Of a stretch of DNA of 64,000 nucleotides, positions 60,067 to 64,000 are shown piece after piece. The stretch lies in the NCBI GenBank assembly GCA_035193785.1, contig CP136572.1:4820578-4884577 (forward strand), read 5' to 3'. The stretch is from Planktothrix sp. GU0601_MAG3 (GTDB lineage: Bacteria; Cyanobacteriota; Cyanobacteriia; Cyanobacteriales; Microcoleaceae). The first letter of the stretch is position 1, and the number at the start of each line of letters is the position of its first letter. Position numbers and translations under genes: made by a program. The notes below the pieces were generated by a model that saw only the letters and a list, made by a program, of their open reading frames with translations, searched no databases and was not told the DNA's origin.

Positions 60067-62054
60067 ATGCAAATTCGACTAAGTTGGCAAAATTTAGAAA
60101 CAGGAGAATGGCGAACCCCGGTTTCTAACCCTACCCATTGCATTAGGAAGGGTTTTTGAACGAATGCCTTCTACGGTGAATGGAGAAAAGGTTTCTCGGA
60201 TTGTTTTAACAGGAGAAAGAGTCTCCCGTTTTCATGGGTTAATTACCCGGGAACAAGGAAAATTGATGGTCACCGATACCGGAAGCCGCAATGGAATTTT
60301 AGTGAATGGAATTGTGCAAAGTCGTTGTTGCATTCAAGAGGGAGATACTTTACAAATTGGTCAATATAATATTACAATTTCTTTTATTACTAATAATTTT
60401 AATATTCCTAATCAAAAATCATCACAAATTTCCTTTAATACCCAAACTAATTTACCCATTCCCCCTGTTTCTGCCCCGACCATATCCTCATCAAATCAAG
60501 AGAGTTTCCCACCCCCATCCTTTCTCGATATTGCTCAAGTTTCCCTAACCCAATTACAAGCCACGGGATTACCCATTGAGCAAATCGATTATCTAACAAT
60601 TGGGGCGGGATTAGGGAGTTTTATTTGGGTTGATTCCCTGAGAATTTCGGGTGTTAAATCCGATCAAATTATCGCCTTGGGAATGGAAGATAAACCCTAT
60701 AATCGTTATCAAAGATTGTGTTTAAATTCCCAAATTCCTTCCCATGAAAGGTTACGTTCTAACTCGGATTCCTGTCCCGATAATCTTTGGGGATGGCCGA
60801 GTTATGCCCTCCGAGAATCCTATGCAGAATGGTGTAAAGGCAAATTTTCCACCGCTTTAAATTTACTCTGGCAAGTGTTTTCTGAACCGACGTTTGCCCA
60901 AACCTATACCCCCCGTTCTGGTAATGTTTTTGATGCGATTGATCGAGAAATAAATCGAATTGAATGGTCAAAAATATATCGCTATGGCCGGGTAAAAAAT
61001 ATTAGGAAAACCACCGATGGACGTTATGCGATCGCCTATTCCCGTTCTACAGAAAATCATCGAGATCATGGATTTATTATTGCTCGATATGTTCATTTAG
61101 CCACGGGTTATCCGGCGATTCAATTTCTCCCCGATTTACAGACTTATCGAGAACAAACCCAAGATTTTAAATCCGTTGTTAATGCCTATGAAGATCATCA
61201 ACATATTTATGATCATTTAGAAAAATCGGGGGGAAACAGTAATTATTAGGGGTCGGGGAATTGTGGCTTCTCGAATTTTACAGCGTCTTTATGAAGCGAG
61301 GGCGAGAAATTCTCAGATCCAAATTTTACATTTAATGCGATCGCCCAAGGCCCAAGGAAATCAATTTCAACAAGCAAAAAGAACCATTGAAAATCATTTT
61401 GAATTTCAACCATTTAACTGGCCAAAAGCCTGTTGGGGCGGTGACTTACGCCAACAATTGGAAGTAGCTACCCCTCCCGAAAGATTACAACTCCTAGAAC
61501 AGTGGGGAGGCACCACCACAGCTAATAGAAAAGACTGGCGAAATATTATTAATCAAGGACTGCGCCAAGGGTGGTATCGCATGACTTTTGGAACCGTGGA
61601 ACAGGTGGAACCTAGCCCTACGGGTCGCACCCTAACTACCATTCGAGAACATGGGTTAAATGCCCATCTTAAGTTAGAGGCGGATTTTATTATTGATGCG
61701 ACTGGGTTAGAGGCTAAAGTTAATACAAATCCCTTATTAAAAGATTTGGTAGTTCATTATAATTTGCCCTTAAATGCCTTGGGACGGTTGAGTGTGGCGA
61801 ATGATTTTGAATTAGTAGAAATGCGAAGTTCTACGGTAGTAAATGATGCTGTAGGGGGTCGGATGTATGCCACGGGTGCAATTACCCTGGGAGGCCCCTA
61901 TGCGGCCGTCGATAGCTTTTTGGGGTTGCAATATGCGGCGTTAATTTCCCTGGAAAGTTTGGCTTCTCTTTCAGCGCCCGGGTTAGGAAAATTAAAGGGA
62001 TGGCGATCGCTTTTACAATGGTTTAAATGGGTGAATAATCAACCTCCAAATTAA
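60067..62054 (+). CDS. FHA domain fused to an FAD/NAD(P)-dependent oxidoreductase-like domain (2 frameshifts)
   Basis: LGR, VSRFH, GSRNG FHA motifs; IGAGLGS, HLATGYP, IIRGRGIVAS, FIIDATG. Confidence 0.78.
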
Positions 62055-62068
62055 ATTAATTAATAATT

Positions 62069-62627
62069 TCAAACAATCCCAGCTTGTTGAAAAACTTGCA
62101 GAGGTGTGAGTTGCAATCCTTCTAATAAATTATCAGTTAAAATTGCCTCATCTCGTTTTGTTTGAGGGGGTGCATCGGGATAAAAAATAGTAATAGTTTT
62201 AGCTTTAGGGTCAACAACCCAAACCCTCAATACCCCCGCATTGAGATAATCAATCGCTTTTTCACTCATTTGGCCAAAGGTTTGATCCGGCGAGATAATT
62301 TCTATCACTAATTCCGGGGGAATGGGGCAAGCTTCATCAATAAATCTTTCTAAGGGAAGACGACTATAGGAAATATAAAGTAAGTCAGGGATAGGAAACC
62401 CAATCTCGATTATTTTTTTTCAGAATAACAGCCCATTCTATGCCAATTTCTCCTCGGTTTTGACACCATTGGGTTAACAGGGTACACAGAGTAACAGTCA
62501 GTCGGGAATGAAAACGTTTAGGAGCCATTTTAGAAATTGCTTCTCCATTAATCAATTCATAGTTTAAGTCGGTTTCAGGAAGGCTAAGAAATTCGTCTAG
62601 GGTGAGTTGAGTTTTGAGTGTTACCAT
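62069..62627 (-). CDS. Uma2 family endonuclease-fold protein (1 frameshift)
   Basis: TLDEFL, YELING, IEIISP, YLNAGV.RVWVVDP. Confidence 0.88.
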
Positions 62628-62873
62628 CAGTTGATTGCTCAAATGGGTGTTGGCTTAAGTTCGGGTATTGAATGGATTATAACAGCATTTTTTAAACATT
62701 CTATTGTCGTGTTCATTCGGTGCATGGGTAATCATTGTATTAGGTGCTTAATCGCTCGTGGTGATATCAGTCACATAATTTCTACGGAAACATCACTTAA
62801 CCACACCTCAATCAATCACCTCCCAAACCGGGGGAATACGAGATGATAAAAGTGTCGAGTTCAAGGTCTAGCC

Positions 62874-63092
62874 ATGATGCCCTACGTTAATCTTCTGCCC
62901 GGTGCGATTACTGAAATGGTTGCTTCCATCGCCGATAACCACTGTTTAACCAAAGCCGACCGCTACGGATTAATGGCTGCGATTTTGGACGACTCCTTAC
63001 CCGAAGAAGAACGGATGTGTATTGACCGGGTGTTACGGTCACTGTTGCGCGGAAAAATTGCCGTTGTGAATGAAGTCTCTGCAATTGCCTAA
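62874..63092 (+). CDS. Small hypothetical protein
   Basis: Clean ORF; LTKADRYGLMAAILD..L.EEE...IDR; hairpin downstream. Confidence 0.72.
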   Translation: MMPYVNLLPGAITEMVASIADNHCLTKADRYGLMAAILDDSLPEEERMCIDRVLRSLLRGKIAVVNEVSAIA

Positions 63093-63105
63093 ATTAAATC
63101 ATACA

Positions 63106-63144
63106 AGCCATGTTTTGTGAACTCGACAAACTCAAAATATGGCT
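63106..63144 (+). terminator. Hairpin after the small ORF
   Basis: agccatgttttg ... caaaatatggct. Confidence 0.5.
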
Positions 63145-63171
63145 CTAATTTGTTGAGGAGAAGTTATTACC

Positions 63172-63618
63172 CGTAGGGGCGGGTTCGGGATAATTCCTGT
63201 TAATAATCAAAAATCTGACTAAACCCGCCCCGCCACTCTACAATTCCTGTTAATAATCAAAAATATTTCTCAACCCGCCCCGCCACTAATTTTTTAAGAG
63301 AAGAAGAAGGGCGTGTTTAGCCAGATGGGGGTGATGTGATAAAGATTGTTCCGAACCCGCCCCTACATCCAGCCGCCCAGCCACTAATTTTTTAAGAGAG
63401 GAAGGGCGGGTTTAGCCAGATGGGGGTGATGTGATAAAGATTGTTCCGAAACCCGCCCCTACATCCAGCCGCCCCGCCACTAATTTTTTAAGAGAGGAAG
63501 GGCGGGTTTAGCCAGATGGGGGTGATGTAATAAAAATTGTTCCGAACCCGCCCCTACATCCGGGGTTATTACTCTACAATTGCTGTTAATAATCAAAAAT
63601 CTGACTAAATCCGCCCCC
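63172..63618. repeat. REP-like mosaic array: ~96-bp unit x3 plus ~50-bp unit x3
   Basis: GGGCGGGTTTAGCCAGATGGGGGTGATG...AACCCGCCCCTAC repeated; TGTTAATAATCAAAAAT repeated. Confidence 0.9.
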
Positions 63619-63687
63619 AATAAAATTTGATTTTCAAACATCAACAATATTTAGGTAGAATCAAATAGAAAATGATTGCTACCGAAT

Positions 63688-64000
63688 ATGTTTCCCAGTT
63701 TTCTGCCCCAGTCTGTCCAAAAGTTAACCGAAGCCACTTCCATTGCCTTGGCTCAAAATCTCAAATGTGAGCCAATTTCTACCCCATTAAGAGAGCAACC
63801 GATTCAAACTACTTATATTCGTCAAGGTCAGGGGGGAACCCCGATTTTATTAATTCATGGATTTGATAGTTCTGTCTTTGAATATCGGCGATTATTGCCA
63901 TTATTAGCTTCAGAAAACGAAACTTTTGCCGTGGATATTTTAGGATTTGGATTTACAGAACGAGGAACAGAATTTAAGTTAAATCGCTCGGAAATAGCCA
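63688..64000 (+). CDS. Alpha/beta hydrolase (runs off the window end; not in the ORF track)
   Basis: MFPSFLP...PILLIHGFDSS.FEYRRLLPLL...AVDILGFGFTER. Confidence 0.88.
   Translation, partial: MFPSFLPQSVQKLTEATSIALAQNLKCEPISTPLREQPIQTTYIRQGQGGTPILLIHGFDSSVFEYRRLLPLLASENETFAVDILGFGFTERGTEFKLNRSEIA

Noticed and set aside
63172..63618. CRISPR array
   Set aside because: Intervening sequences are near-identical copies; REP-like architecture.

Overview
Chromosomal window from a filamentous cyanobacterium. Support: frequent HIP1 GCGATCGC octamers, ccmK3/ccmK4, clpR/clpP3, cyanoexosortase B and dnaK3. The GGGAACA heptamers and AGAAACCCGGTTTCT palindromes suggest Planktothrix or a related Oscillatoriales (inference). 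Many genes, including essential ones (dnaK, ftsH, clpR, cysH), are split by single-base frameshifts. These look like long-read indel errors, so split ORFs are rejoined below. Gene order: dnaK3, cysH, an EPS/cyanoexosortase B locus, a G-rich tandem repeat and SRP RNA; an SF2 helicase + small protein + DndD-like CxC ATPase trio followed by a chromosomal DUF3854/CyRepA1-like primase-helicase; a ~2,780-aa multi-domain methyltransferase/glycosyltransferase; housekeeping genes (ftsH3, CPP1-like, pgeF, birA, M23, dnaJ-like, clpP3/clpR, VWA, mtnA, ccmK3/K4); an accessory P450 + two-flavoprotein region with MITEs, a tnpB remnant and a TA pair; a PaoABC-XdhC-MocA-SufU molybdoenzyme operon; an FHA/FHA-flavoenzyme pair; and several REP-like repeat arrays. 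No CRISPR array, tRNA or rRNA was seen. All calls come from motif reading alone; no searches were run.
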